DNA of 41,797 bases from Myxococcota bacterium (GTDB lineage: Bacteria; Myxococcota; JACRCW01). Position numbers and translations under genes: made by a program. This document shows positions 38,601 through 39,449 of the stretch, one piece after another (positions within the stretch are counted from its first letter, which is position 1; each line of letters opens with the position of its first letter). The stretch lies in assembly GCA_040752415.1 (NCBI GenBank), contig JBFMGU010000073.1, forward strand, positions 1-41,797. Reading direction: 5' to 3'. The notes beneath the pieces were generated by a model. The model saw only the letters and a list, made by a program, of their open reading frames with translations, did not search any database and had not been told where the DNA came from.

Positions 38601-39429
38601 GGTCTTCGAGGCCGGGACGGACGGGTTGCACGGCACCGGCGACGATGTGGAGATCGTTGGCGGCGGCGTCGACTACGATTCCGCGAGCCGGAGGGCGACC
38701 TGGTATGCCGGCGGGCCGCAGCTGCGCCTGGAGGTCGGCCGCTACCGGGCCTCGTTGTTGAGCACCATTCTGGACGAAGCCGGAAACCCGCTCGTTCCGA
38801 TTGTGTGGACCTTCCGCGTGCTGGACGACGTGGACGGCGATGGAATCCCGGCGGACGTGGAGGTCGCGATTGGCCTCAACCCCGCGTCGGTTGACAGCGA
38901 TGCGGACGGCGTGCCGGACGGGGACGAGGACCACGACGGGGATGGCCTGACCAACGCGGACGAGGTCGTCGTGAACACGGACCTCGCGCTCGTCGACACC
39001 GACGGTGACGGCACCAGCGACCCGAATGAGGACAGCGAGTCCGACGGATTGGCCGACGGCGCCGAGTTTGTGCGCGGCACCGATCCCCACGACGCCGACA
39101 GCGACGACGATGGCTGGTACGATGGCGTCGAGGTCGAGGTCGCCTCCGACCCCCTGGATGCGCGCTCACGTCCGAGCGTGATGGTGGTGTCGCAGGTGCC
39201 GTCCTTCGTATTCCGCCCAGAGAGCTCGTCGGAAGGAGCAGGCGGGGTGTTCGCGATTGGTAGCCCGCCGGTGACCGTCCTGCGCCCGTTCGTCGCGACG
39301 TCGGAGATGTTCGTGGTCGGGAGCGACTCCGTCCGTGTGACCCGTCCGGGGATGGGGCAGGAAATGCCGGAAGATGTGACCTTCAGCATCACGGTGGCGA
39401 GCCCACCGGTGAAAGTGGTGGTTCCGTGA
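8659..39429 (+). CDS. Giant (10,256 aa) secreted multidomain surface protein with Ig-like, IPT/TIG, SbsA-like Ig, LVIVD propellers and Ca-binding Asp/Cys repeats
   Basis: Uninterrupted 30.8-kb ORF with RBS AGGGGAG and GTG start, 17 bp after the parvulin stop. Sec signal ends in AMARA. Recurrent domain motifs run throughout. Confidence 0.95.
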   Translation: MLRVSSPARIVAFGMLTLALTPAMARAEAVVTAINPGTPLRVGGQSGQFIFDVSGQASRLVLDVVGTSESHGEFARITGKVLQPDGSGAVPFLVTVPFSQAYPEDGVLTVTATPYDERNAPGTPLTADFDPRRAPPRVEGDAVTVRMVDGGLLVEVAYVGQAAAAEVSVVGVSASALRRVSGSLQRATAEAFATVRDMKRRAPGPGAESRVSFQIPTTEGVTIPLDGVVVADVALQDPFGRTIHTSTVEFTSSSAFDQLLDLTVQPSPLLLSEGFGQRVPLLVRGRFMLAGEVDLTSALYGVTYSSDNEEVALATPDGQVVARGNGTATVLVSYLGVQRSVPVMVDSTAQLDHVELQPVGATIPRVGSSLQLRLEGVLTSLDASGNPNRVDLTAGVLGTVWTSSDPSTIRVDSHGRVSTLRAGSALITAENAGFSDTLRVEALDAPPTVRVEVAAQVQAGSTFEVQAIAVDDVGVANASILVDGVPVAQLDHGPFVVQLQAPPYGGSSMVLSAVARDVAGNLAQSPEVTVSVVGAPAASNKRVVYDRPPPGTILVESVSATICVTSGDWRRQELETSDFRLVRFYADGALLGTTQIPRVEMREGPNRDPITGRPEAIPVPVWEFNYVPPVGTSGRSVIIRAEAIDRDGAMAHGEALILRVAQDTSPLVRLDEPALDPANAAIGIPLPFKGVVVDDTGQLGVTVELLVQDQLVASERLTGEGSQRFDLQWVPPRGSANTRPRLYVRATDFAGNVTQVSRDVVVAGDAAPQVAVLSPTQGSNVAAGTSLSLTAAVLDDGQTPPEIRWLVDGVGVGVSTSPPYLVRYLVPPSSAGRSFMVEAVAKDSAGQEARASVTVNAVPDVATPTVSLVVPHDGDTVVETQDVLVTVAGLDDVGVSRLEVLVDGVVVASETDPSPNNGITGSFISHVVIPAAQIAGSPLHRIGARATDRSGNVGIAPEVTIQVTPDQAPLVEFVTPAEGARLTSGRAVDIVAQATDDVSVTSIALLAGGAEVGTLTRPPYRFPYTANGAPRVLTLQLVATDSGGNQSTATRLVEIVSDVDAPLLAFRRPGASSRVFGGRPLAVEVLASDNVGVSSVTLRANDAEQGVPVTVVPEGLFATYKWEVTVPASLVGQSLHLRADATDSAGNTARRDLDVLVVQDTPPRVSLLAPAAGAHVMEGDLVTVSYTVADDDGVIGAVPLSGGVPQGILPTSGPVVSLNQQQAVKVTAPIISQGLPPSVGIRARDTAGQDGEALVLLDVVRDTHAPTAILLSPLPSNSGMVSATPNESIGVQVSTSDNVRVSSVVVLIDGVERADVQMRAVDEKVVEERAANPLAPGEIIVTRTYTATFAGTVPLIGTPVGQHTLRARAMDPAGNTSATNEVTLDIQERGDTTGPLLTMKLGGTPDPTVCVSGATAVVRLTASDDTAVQELSLSLDGVPVLLPPFVPGPGVKLEATVNLPQLDVAESSRTLTFTSEVRDPAGHFRSESLSCELLPDLPPALFITEPAAGATLTEEAATRVLVEVLDDTSVRRLHQVLSTKPATVVGPRELRIPATLPAGPSAPAIALGLGDDLTFQASCTGEGIVVNPQVSSALGTNAGNLTLQVTPSAAGNGVDARVRYRFRVLDGFSSDLRVTQFLAQHPDGVRTVRVGAAPVDLSFPSAVIAVDDVDVELMPVEGGAPAAITRVGVRYASAGALQSVRVSALSELLLSQVTQATSASPGKLVQLQDTLRLPKGWAPRDMTLTAFGVDDADQAGAASVAVKTQTDVAPPSVRIVSPVSGSTAVARSTIPVAIQATDTVSVATVELFVDNVPVGTPTMADGGVATFMMNTPRATGVPIMLQARATDAAGNGATSPPVFVLVQEDQPPTIQWTSLESSVERVSAAELGTGLVRLLQEVPARLRFRVADDVGIAEVAVALDGASLVTQAISPPQLALNQEVTFTLPLAAERTPAILEVTATDSAGVSSKARLIVESRRPQAPFVAVAVPVPQATLPEGSIQFVFAAVAGDDTQVASLDLDINGQPALHLTQSQDVPLVGVDDEGRGIAEDPAVRQAIAAFPAPFDEPRRLRLFQRTVSLPPGFVDLTPDSSSVALELRATATDAEGNQSTVQRLVTIVEDTSAPLTQILSPSLSQDIIERTPVTVEVVARDDVFVREVEISAGPDLASMQVVHVAGGFPPQNAVPGASFGIYAPPVVFDLTVPSLAELGGVEPAPYFISVRATDINGNTSSPTIQVIDVVKDRAPSVFLAAPSDGEPVVEGSEFVTLVIAQDDVGLSSVEILVDDVVATILHAPPFAAFVPVPPGADVLSVRAEVVDTAGHRASSQTVILPVVGDNPPTVAIASPRMGTQLVEGRDFALQIAAQDDVQIATVEATVEGGVGGTRYLASSQPPYTFVVPLPYGSAGRTLRLQAQARDSAGHRALAPVVDVTVVADTSPPTVSFLQPAANSQVIAGSRVEVEVEANDNVDVRNVTVSSNGTVVSVMPVPPFRFTYTVPRDAAGQTLNLLAVGTDASGNQGQASISVEAIPDQAPEVVVVTPPRIVAGIPTAFTASASDDVAVMQVSFHVGPQESQPPEVGRRFQLPYEYAHTAPAAQVGTMLTVQARAVDGAGQATWSLPARVEVVPDQPPVVSIVRPRSSSAVFDGAVVRVEADATDPDGGVVQVAFLVDGVRVDVATQAAGIPGAPTLWLGSFAAPVGSGNRTFTLVALATDTAGQTTTSAPVIIGTVRDTVPPEVQLVEPPHQDVITEGDLVLLRAAAADNAGVDHVDMLVNGIRVGTTASSVPGPAGRPLYDVSWLAPTDSPGASRNLVATASDTSGNVGTSQAVTVELGLRPSSVAPAVNRPGIWSPSALAVRADGLAAAGAFTEQGAAAVGLALTTESGLVTLGNVETQGKPAAAAFDGDLLFIASRGLEPGLASILEVVDVSSTATPLWRGAIDLPDDEIGGLAVVDHLVFVANGSSGIAVIDVAVPEAPQRSVTVPVVGTALGVTAAAGRLLVAAGPGGLRILDLRSPRLGELGFVAVPGGAVSVATAGDSAWVGGGGSSANIAVVDIHDPAAPLVVSVTPTRPARADVLAQGVAAVAVAGSVVVSDSQLVDQDVVPVKGLLSIGSVDASGTPSTRFHANLPTHSPLGVAGGRVLTLLGAQGLAAFRLPRLTVTDVQPADGEDQVPLRDMAVRIETSVPVAPATVTAASVVLRAHNRFIGPAVDASLSVEGRVITLTPAVDLLPATTYFLTVTTDVADGGGTHLDASFTAHFQTRAANGELPVLAWVTPSAGPAEGGTAVTVVGENFAAGARVLFSGAEASDVQVAPDGLQLTARTPPQQLGPATVTVVNPNGLEGSLVGGFTYLDALSVDLVIPPTGRLEGGDVVEVTGTGFQRGMVVTFDGVPATEVRVLSSGRATMRTPPGNYGPADVLVATPDGKRALAAGGYIYTDLSVTSRFLRYNRQADGPTRPLHRLAEGRPGRLDSVENRVWILADAAVNRNATDVLDLIQTSLHGAVGLVDVTDPENAFVLGGLSLPPPFEPVDIEVRDDLGFLVASAPTLPFVDVSGEGEPSLFVVDGSNPQAPTVTARVPFAGTARRLALADDMALVAAGEGGLVLISLADPRSPVLLGARTQFFVGGQLREARVDDVVVTGSVAVLTAETNEGARGALALDLTRSTLPVLGEFSSFNAASVIDSTGVLIASGLQTFTLDPPTEPRVGVSIPSLVGGRQFDAVTVERSIAAAGATHGRALGPGGMAQIMSIPTVMQPRTLDAVSVYPGDVLADVGIGGDVLAVSINKNAVNGEGIEIARDALAIIALPFPVLTSVDPPDGAKGVPVTSSVNVEFAKPVVGVAGTSVRLLRLDGSAAGVEVPITVTSAGRSLNVVVNAPMQTGAPHRLTLDGVVDAATGAPLPSPFHSHFTIATDATAVALHVDALDPREGPSVGGTLLTLSGRGFEAGVDVRLGGLPVTDVQVSSDRTSLTARTPAHPAGAATLEVRNPSGGQVTRVGAFLYSAPLDLASVTPSRGPTSGGTRVRIRGTGFSPTGVVRVSFGGVPATDVRVLGLDLVEASTPNGLLGAVDVRVENPDGAADVLPNGFTFDAPTTSSVSMRSRIYDVVVVGELAFLAAGKDGLRVVDLSGLHRAGPLAGLPIAPSARAGLVDQNGNGEDDRIVGKLAFGDGVATALAYPPDGLGGDRLMVGFRTAAATGTKAFVAEVDISDPAQPRLVSQEPAGTDAVWGMAAESERLIAAAGSSGLLSYDISYPPFLVHRMDTGAEGVQAVAVAGGMGVMGVGSRNAQDQVVGGRLNILDVSRAPTLAGVSAPIAVQHVRLWKNHAVIAAGPEGLVVMDLADSASPQRLATVDVGGFAWDVRMAGSLAYVAAGAAGVAVVDLSNLASPRLLYHVTGAAGGEATSVVLSGSELVNVRNRGNDVWSLDFGQVSGLAVASVSVQPDEVVPLGLASITIRLTALVDASTAGDAFSFTADGVPVAGTLEAGSPAQPVSTLLFRLTGPLPADAYLRLMLSTALRGTEGQPLIAPLELVFRSALSEGAVPEVTQLVPRVGRAMGGDTVEVLGHGFEPGAVVLIGGQAANVVATSSEIMTVVTPPGTPGLADVVVANLTGLSDRRPGAYLYAAPLRVDSVKPRFLNPRGGSAVRVSGAGFLRDGLSALGRTDVLFRGVPALSVSVVDGWNLVAVAPPGSFGPVEVRVRAPQTVEESIATDVLGYGLPFSGEERAQAVRPGALTTTPAVPNVVFSSAGAAVSGNQFTQRFNGTITGGGETPQSFRAASYDVTRPGEPRTVGAQIVEATDEALDAFFARSQGYLPPDAPVPSLELMPDSLDVAAKGGTLYVANGQSGLTILDATNPSAMTFLGRAGLEGFATRVLPTPTGALLVHNSLIEDPSHEGLCRPGTTKRAIDEGGGVQLFDVRQPSDPIRVAVIPHLSTNGSRAPYGATVHDGLLLVVEGAHEGRKFCIPSADEVAAGKLAPPPPDFSLGGGARGGQRTSYKGGTPSGRLVILSRASGTALPLSTLEFPFTPTDVAVVQDVAIVAAAEVGLVFLSIAQPYSPVEVARIGFDQDLSNVPGEPQRLRVLGDLLLVSANAGGVALVDVSNPYVPQVVSAGNTETAMDVAATGDRLLVASRDRVTELSTPFTIVTGYEPARQELVPPTISQVEVRFSRPINPGSVTGSTFQLVGPDGAVPLGLATTEDFASHTFAVVGTLETDLRPLSVYEIRVETQVTDQRGGRLLLPLRTTFRTAATGSRKPKVSAVSPETASVAGGTQLRVLGQGLAGVTTVRVGSAEAAFTVVGDGELAVTAPPGEAGPADLQVIDLGGPQHILASAVLYLTDPRSTTFALAPDHGPVGGGTRVQLSAGFGEPLAPGTRVKVGNQEAVDVDVVDLSHLEFTTPRSDGAALVSVQIIRPGEEAVPVGTFSYDLPQGETMDLPGFPPREASAIKLLGNLLYIGVPTPGYEGLEIHDVLLPERPIRKGGVRLDAPVRGLDVGADGALVLLAAETRGLVAVAASEPSTPYVVGRASTFGLATDVRLDDDTAYVSTTLVGSEPGFIQTFDAGEPNLPLRSSVQIDADALAVDVGPDRFFALTSNVVGQTGTGLSFTVFTRNGQRIGSVMVDSSLTTYADLVRARLLVRGTRAYVTARDRLYILDISDEVAPVAIQSKALGAEAAGLSMVGGTLYVASANAKTVVAVPATELLVVGSTPEDGALAVPQTTIQVEFSLALHPDSVTPETFEVMVDDGSGAIAVEGTREVVFGIRGSSVVFTPTTSFPPGTLVTTHVEGVTDFDLRPLRNPFTATFTVLAADALQPALGAITPSHGFVDSVTAVTMSGSGFRAGTRVWVGAVEAVVRSFGATELVVDVPPSPGLTPGAAAVLIQDPSGLSDVRPGGFIYREHLRLVFVNPARSPQSGGDRVTVRGAGFAPGVSVSFAETAGFDVQVASSETATVVVPPHDPGVVDLTARLGAESHVLPRSFLYGSGAVASLNTPAIRHVIVDGTVAYAALGAAVPITTTSGEVVDPLRESEAGGLLVADLAEPTNAREITRLTLSGVGGTRRLVKSGNTLFVATGLGGVTLIDVTTPAAPTVRAGLPVGDARDLTVAGDLLIVADAGGVTAYRLGETSLPLPAGGRSIAGGATALAVRQDLLLVSSGDGASGPELHVFDARRADFSTISSFPLVAPARHITTEGTRAFVALGDAGQVQIIELAAPEAPAPAGTLVLDDPLQTGSLSAEEVHVAGEIAWVVAGGGKLQRFLAPVGGTPAMLESASVFGHAMSAAFSGRFMVVGTLFMDASGAPVELPIPDPAMGGGALAGALASVQLEHLELRNTLPEADDVISVASTVGLAFTELPDPTTAGAITLHAAGAAVDAEVQLRSVPRGGSANVVPRAGLVTSQSYDLRVAETLKDLGGGALGAASVTRFRTGAVASELQPSVARVFPGAGLSTGGEMVEIHGEGLVTGTLVQVGGEPASVQSVAPDGRKLVVQLPAGQAGAAAVQVQTPGGLRAIRLGAYRYLKAPRLTSVSPAEGAMNSRTTVRVRGEGIHAGSQVLFGGVPARSVTLTPEGDLLCETPDDVIGVVDVTLQTQAPTGTVAHALPAAFTFTLPLLTTLSQPGEAAVAFGSAWLVADRGRLWAYDLTVPESPAVAANVTGVGRAQAMAVADGHVYVAGAGEVARYALGGCGTPAGTCTLPEVDRLSIYPALTDISSVGAAENSAFVALAGGGEVALLGNVDGRMEVVAQAFLTTGVIRDLAVSGDRLVVLIEQGGAATLEVRTLEDGLLTTLGEVTGLPAPAGALAVDGTRVAAGVGDGVRVFDTLVPVAIEEVGRWDATSVANVSLQGPWLVAARPDRISYVDTTAAPFRERTYASGVGSPRELALNTGVLVATTGSSTLIYDVPYPTVISTSPGVGGTVSEDSNISATLSARLPLSVVGASRLDVDLGGNTVAGSLSRSGPSLTFLPQSPFSTGDLLQVTLTLGAGPVTGASADGPWRYRVAVATPPAAEIRVDRIDPAVGSTLGGYAVVIDGEGFELGTEVRFGSQLAANRDSPTPTRLRVNAPPVPAAGPVTLEITNPSGASARLPGAFVYVAPLTVTSVVPNQVNQSTGGWVTIRAAGLTRATQVRFDGALADTRNHLNGSLQAFVPPGAAGPVELVLTQPGADTYVLPDAVTRLDLQTPQLTRLEPFDVVGSQNVPLDAVFVAHFDEPVAAASHAQFRLSLDGVAVPGTLTATADRRSLTFAPTQSLISTRFYVLAYDGIADDFGNAITASPVTFRTADVVAPEVTAIAIDGRPPLTAGASLTAGVVHAFRVLGSDNSGSFQDSLRVDGVAVPRSSDGRFRYQWPSDTAEGTVVTLTASVTDGAGNSASLELVVQVVGDQQPTVEFADPTASPVVSQEGDVVAVLINADDDVGLTAIELLLDGVVIARSSGAETYLAKSVRFVNQGAFTLDARATDTAGHVVAATPRVVQVGPDTTSPTVQILLPGHGSTVPSGGRYDLVASASDGNHVAELTFSVDGVDVATLQSPPWRISRQAPAVSQSTTLTLAARATDGRGNAGAPVGITITVEPVDAQPLVSLVLPAAGAEVVEGAQVLVEAQVASSAGVSTVALSLGAETVTLSDGPPWRYAFKAPAVAADTPVAVRAMATSTSNRESEPAIRTILVKDEARGAPSLTLTTVPGAGVVLGGSALRAEATSDAPNTEVRISGDGVTLGETGSGFVERGLPLGPEGAVVLATALARTAGGQETTTSSSHQLAVFAAAPSPAEMPVDDVSSLVPVAVDADGSRAAVAWRHNGGGGRLETRSLDELTVLSQADLLGEPVAVAVGQGVVAVALKRAQGGVLEIRDAATLAAAASTALTRTPTSVAAVPGAFVVGTDEGLAVYDAAGRLAVRRAIGSVRSVDARGSRLVALTSGSVEEYELPTPHTPVLVRAAPIGDGERVVSLSSGRVCVVGENIRCFVADGALFQDSGAADLPSSVVSVSAFGPWVVLGSDSEQGALVVDARGAPAISGRFPDLRGAAVASGARLISVASDKVARLPLAREPASPTVALSHVGGAVVAPGTRLGLVATVDDGNAPLNAYTAELLANGVVVQVLDSQVPAHVDVPREGTALQLELRVRDLAGNVVSATDEVFIADDGLVPSLDSVQAPGSLLEGTTVQVVAHPTHPAQADQVEVRLDGVLVATSHAPALAASFTAPAVNSDTPMQLTVELLDWRGRRSAPATLTLYVLEDVGAPPSVSLSRVGSGPVYEGRPVAVHADASSTDGIAEVRFVVEEGGAGVPQYTAAAAPYDATLWMPLGTGARSVTIRAIAQDGLGRTGNASISVVVVDDLTLPSVSLVVDPSGGTVAAGAQLHARAVATDGVSVASALTQATLGGLLLVSGGPDIRFTVPAETAVGEVVTISAVVTDGVGNQASAERSIVVVGASGADGAVIGGAFRETRHLSVLGNRVAAATASGVAVGTLSRESLALNSDVVVATGAPVREVAQFGDLVLAVLEDGAFAVIRVAGTTASMESRLDIGVAHVAAGAGRVYVSDSLQRVYAVDLSLPQEPVFKLHTISGDVVSADASGPVTLRADGVTYVSGGTARSIQTAPAIPVAAELDGALVVVGTDRSLMVFRASDGASLAEVALAAPCRDLDVAALRAHVLAADGVIRTVDLQDPTQPKVTGARTAAGTALDVSGGVLFVGGSAGITALEEHARDPREPSGLGQLSISDATRALVPYRRGVLVAAASAGLVPVDLSDPTGPAAGSALAQGTTMVRLERGGALGIALNDVGQPLLLELDRAVGARVVPASDPRTQRLAAAGALDDVAVSQERVWLAGGGAVRTAPTVSFEMSAPLLLNSSATDVAATGSLAAVALASRAVALLGVNSSGAPEVVHTLQFQADIGGVALIERVLLVAHGANLDVVDITLPESPTTVAAVALAGPARSVRLNGRLALISEGLAGVELWDVTSPATPRLAGSIPAGRADDAWASGDLVVVADAANGLAIHSMPAPKAAPAARLVLPDSGVEVPAGGLLSVSAASAGIDVDDVELVVDGNTVARMDDQSGLATFSVPGFVSAGSVLAIQVRARSAWGEDLSAPWEVRVVEPSDTVLTAELLAPAASAFASAEMVEVHLRVTGALSHVSGAVFLGNHFLGSLDMAQAVTPVELRGVVQMPVVTTDEATTLSVVVVDGAGRSADVVRSVTLRGEQNAPSTPNVLPEALRAGPTVNHIRVSAADDGALSLRLVINGVAVATSVGAFNVTVAHDLVLPEDATGSTVVVQAFATDAMGRSSQAERTYVVLPDGEAPVANLSVASSAKEGTTIIVTTSASDADGDVRNITLFADGVQFASADVSSFAVPYTLPLISAGRTQVEFEAVATDARQRVGRTSRITVLEADNPPQLSFDPPAGNLAAGLVHQLCVVATDDVALTRLDVTLNGQPFAELAQGCGPHCLRRCTDRYLALGESILVAATAEDGQAHVVSGSAVYDAASCPTVDLGTSHPQSVTGDNSGAANLVGNASCGAYSSDTADTTYGFDVTRTGAYRIVATSQVPVSGPGNPVLYVLSDDCGGAELACAVLEAGGAAPRSAELVVDLLAGQRIVLAVDGADGGEHTLSVDQLPECSDGLDNDGDGRTDHPAEPGCDSPADALEDDPAIAPVCADGVDNDGDGRVDFPADSTCGSAASNTELTPGESCLNAVEVTLATDALPLELARAVTDHPAAAECPSPTETSGDLVFRLSLPGEATVVATSAGNQVSIRGWPTCADGQGALACDLGQATALVGPGDVAIVVSGSGGTLTVSGTLRDGTTCDPAREADFPCAGAATCSDVAGQFVCDPPQCRNGRDDDGDGNTDHPDDPGCSFADDTDEADPCISTIAAPSMSPAAGSYDNEVVVFLHTPAAGDDILYTTDGSDPAVHGTPYGAGITLRTTTTVRAKTSVAGQVSCDETTGTYVINDTIAPRVVAVEPRHGSTASLGEVTQLTATFSEGVDPTTVDDLTFRVFEAGTDGLHGTGDDVEIVGGGVDYDSASRRATWYAGGPQLRLEVGRYRASLLSTILDEAGNPLVPIVWTFRVLDDVDGDGIPADVEVAIGLNPASVDSDADGVPDGDEDHDGDGLTNADEVVVNTDLALVDTDGDGTSDPNEDSESDGLADGAEFVRGTDPHDADSDDDGWYDGVEVEVASDPLDARSRPSVMVVSQVPSFVFRPESSSEGAGGVFAIGSPPVTVLRPFVATSEMFVVGSDSVRVTRPGMGQEMPEDVTFSITVASPPVKVVVP
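9433..9985 (+). other. Two Big_2 (intimin/invasin-like) Ig domains of the giant protein
   Basis: VTYSSDNEEVALATPDGQVVARGNGTATVLVSY and VWTSSDPSTIRVDSHGRVSTLRAGSALITA. Confidence 0.75.
9988..17155 (+). repeat. Tandem array of about 21 bacterial Ig-like modules
   Basis: Recurring pattern D-x-(A/P)-P-x-V...P..G....A.DD.GV..V...VDG......P(Y/F)...L.A.A.D.AGN, counted by eye. Confidence 0.8.
17188..30168 (+). repeat. Seven super-repeats of [LVIVD-type propeller + SbsA-like Ig (Big_5) + IPT/TIG + IPT/TIG]
   Basis: Propeller blades (e.g. LAYVAAGAAGVAVVDLSNLASP), then Big_5 starts (e.g. VLTSVDPPDGAKGVPVTSSVNVEF), then paired IPT starts (e.g. SVTPSRGPTSGGTRVRIRGTGF), in the same order seven times. 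Confidence 0.8.
37075..39174 (+). other. C-terminal Cys/Asp-rich region: two Cys-containing beta domains, three C-x-(D/N)G-x-D(N/D)DGDG repeats, an Fn3-associated/chitobiase-C domain, a Big_5 domain and bacterial TSP3-like repeats
   Basis: CSDGLDNDGDGRTDHPAEPGC, CADGVDNDGDGRVDFPADSTC, CRNGRDDDGDGNTDHPDDPGC; SPAAGSY...ILYTTDGSDP; DVDGDGIP...DSDADGVPDGDEDHDGDGLTNADE...GTDPHDADSDDDGWYDGVE. Confidence 0.75.
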
Positions 39430-39449
39430 CCCAGCAGGAGGCGCGAGCC

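Noticed and set aside
37468..39174. Asp/Gly-rich repeats as RTX/T1SS signals
   Set aside because: They are DxDxDG or TSP3-like rather than GGxGxDxLx nonapeptides, and the protein has a Sec signal.
8659..39429. Giant ORF as NRPS/PKS or RHS toxin
   Set aside because: No KS, AT, A, C or carrier-protein motifs, and no YD repeats or RHS core were seen.
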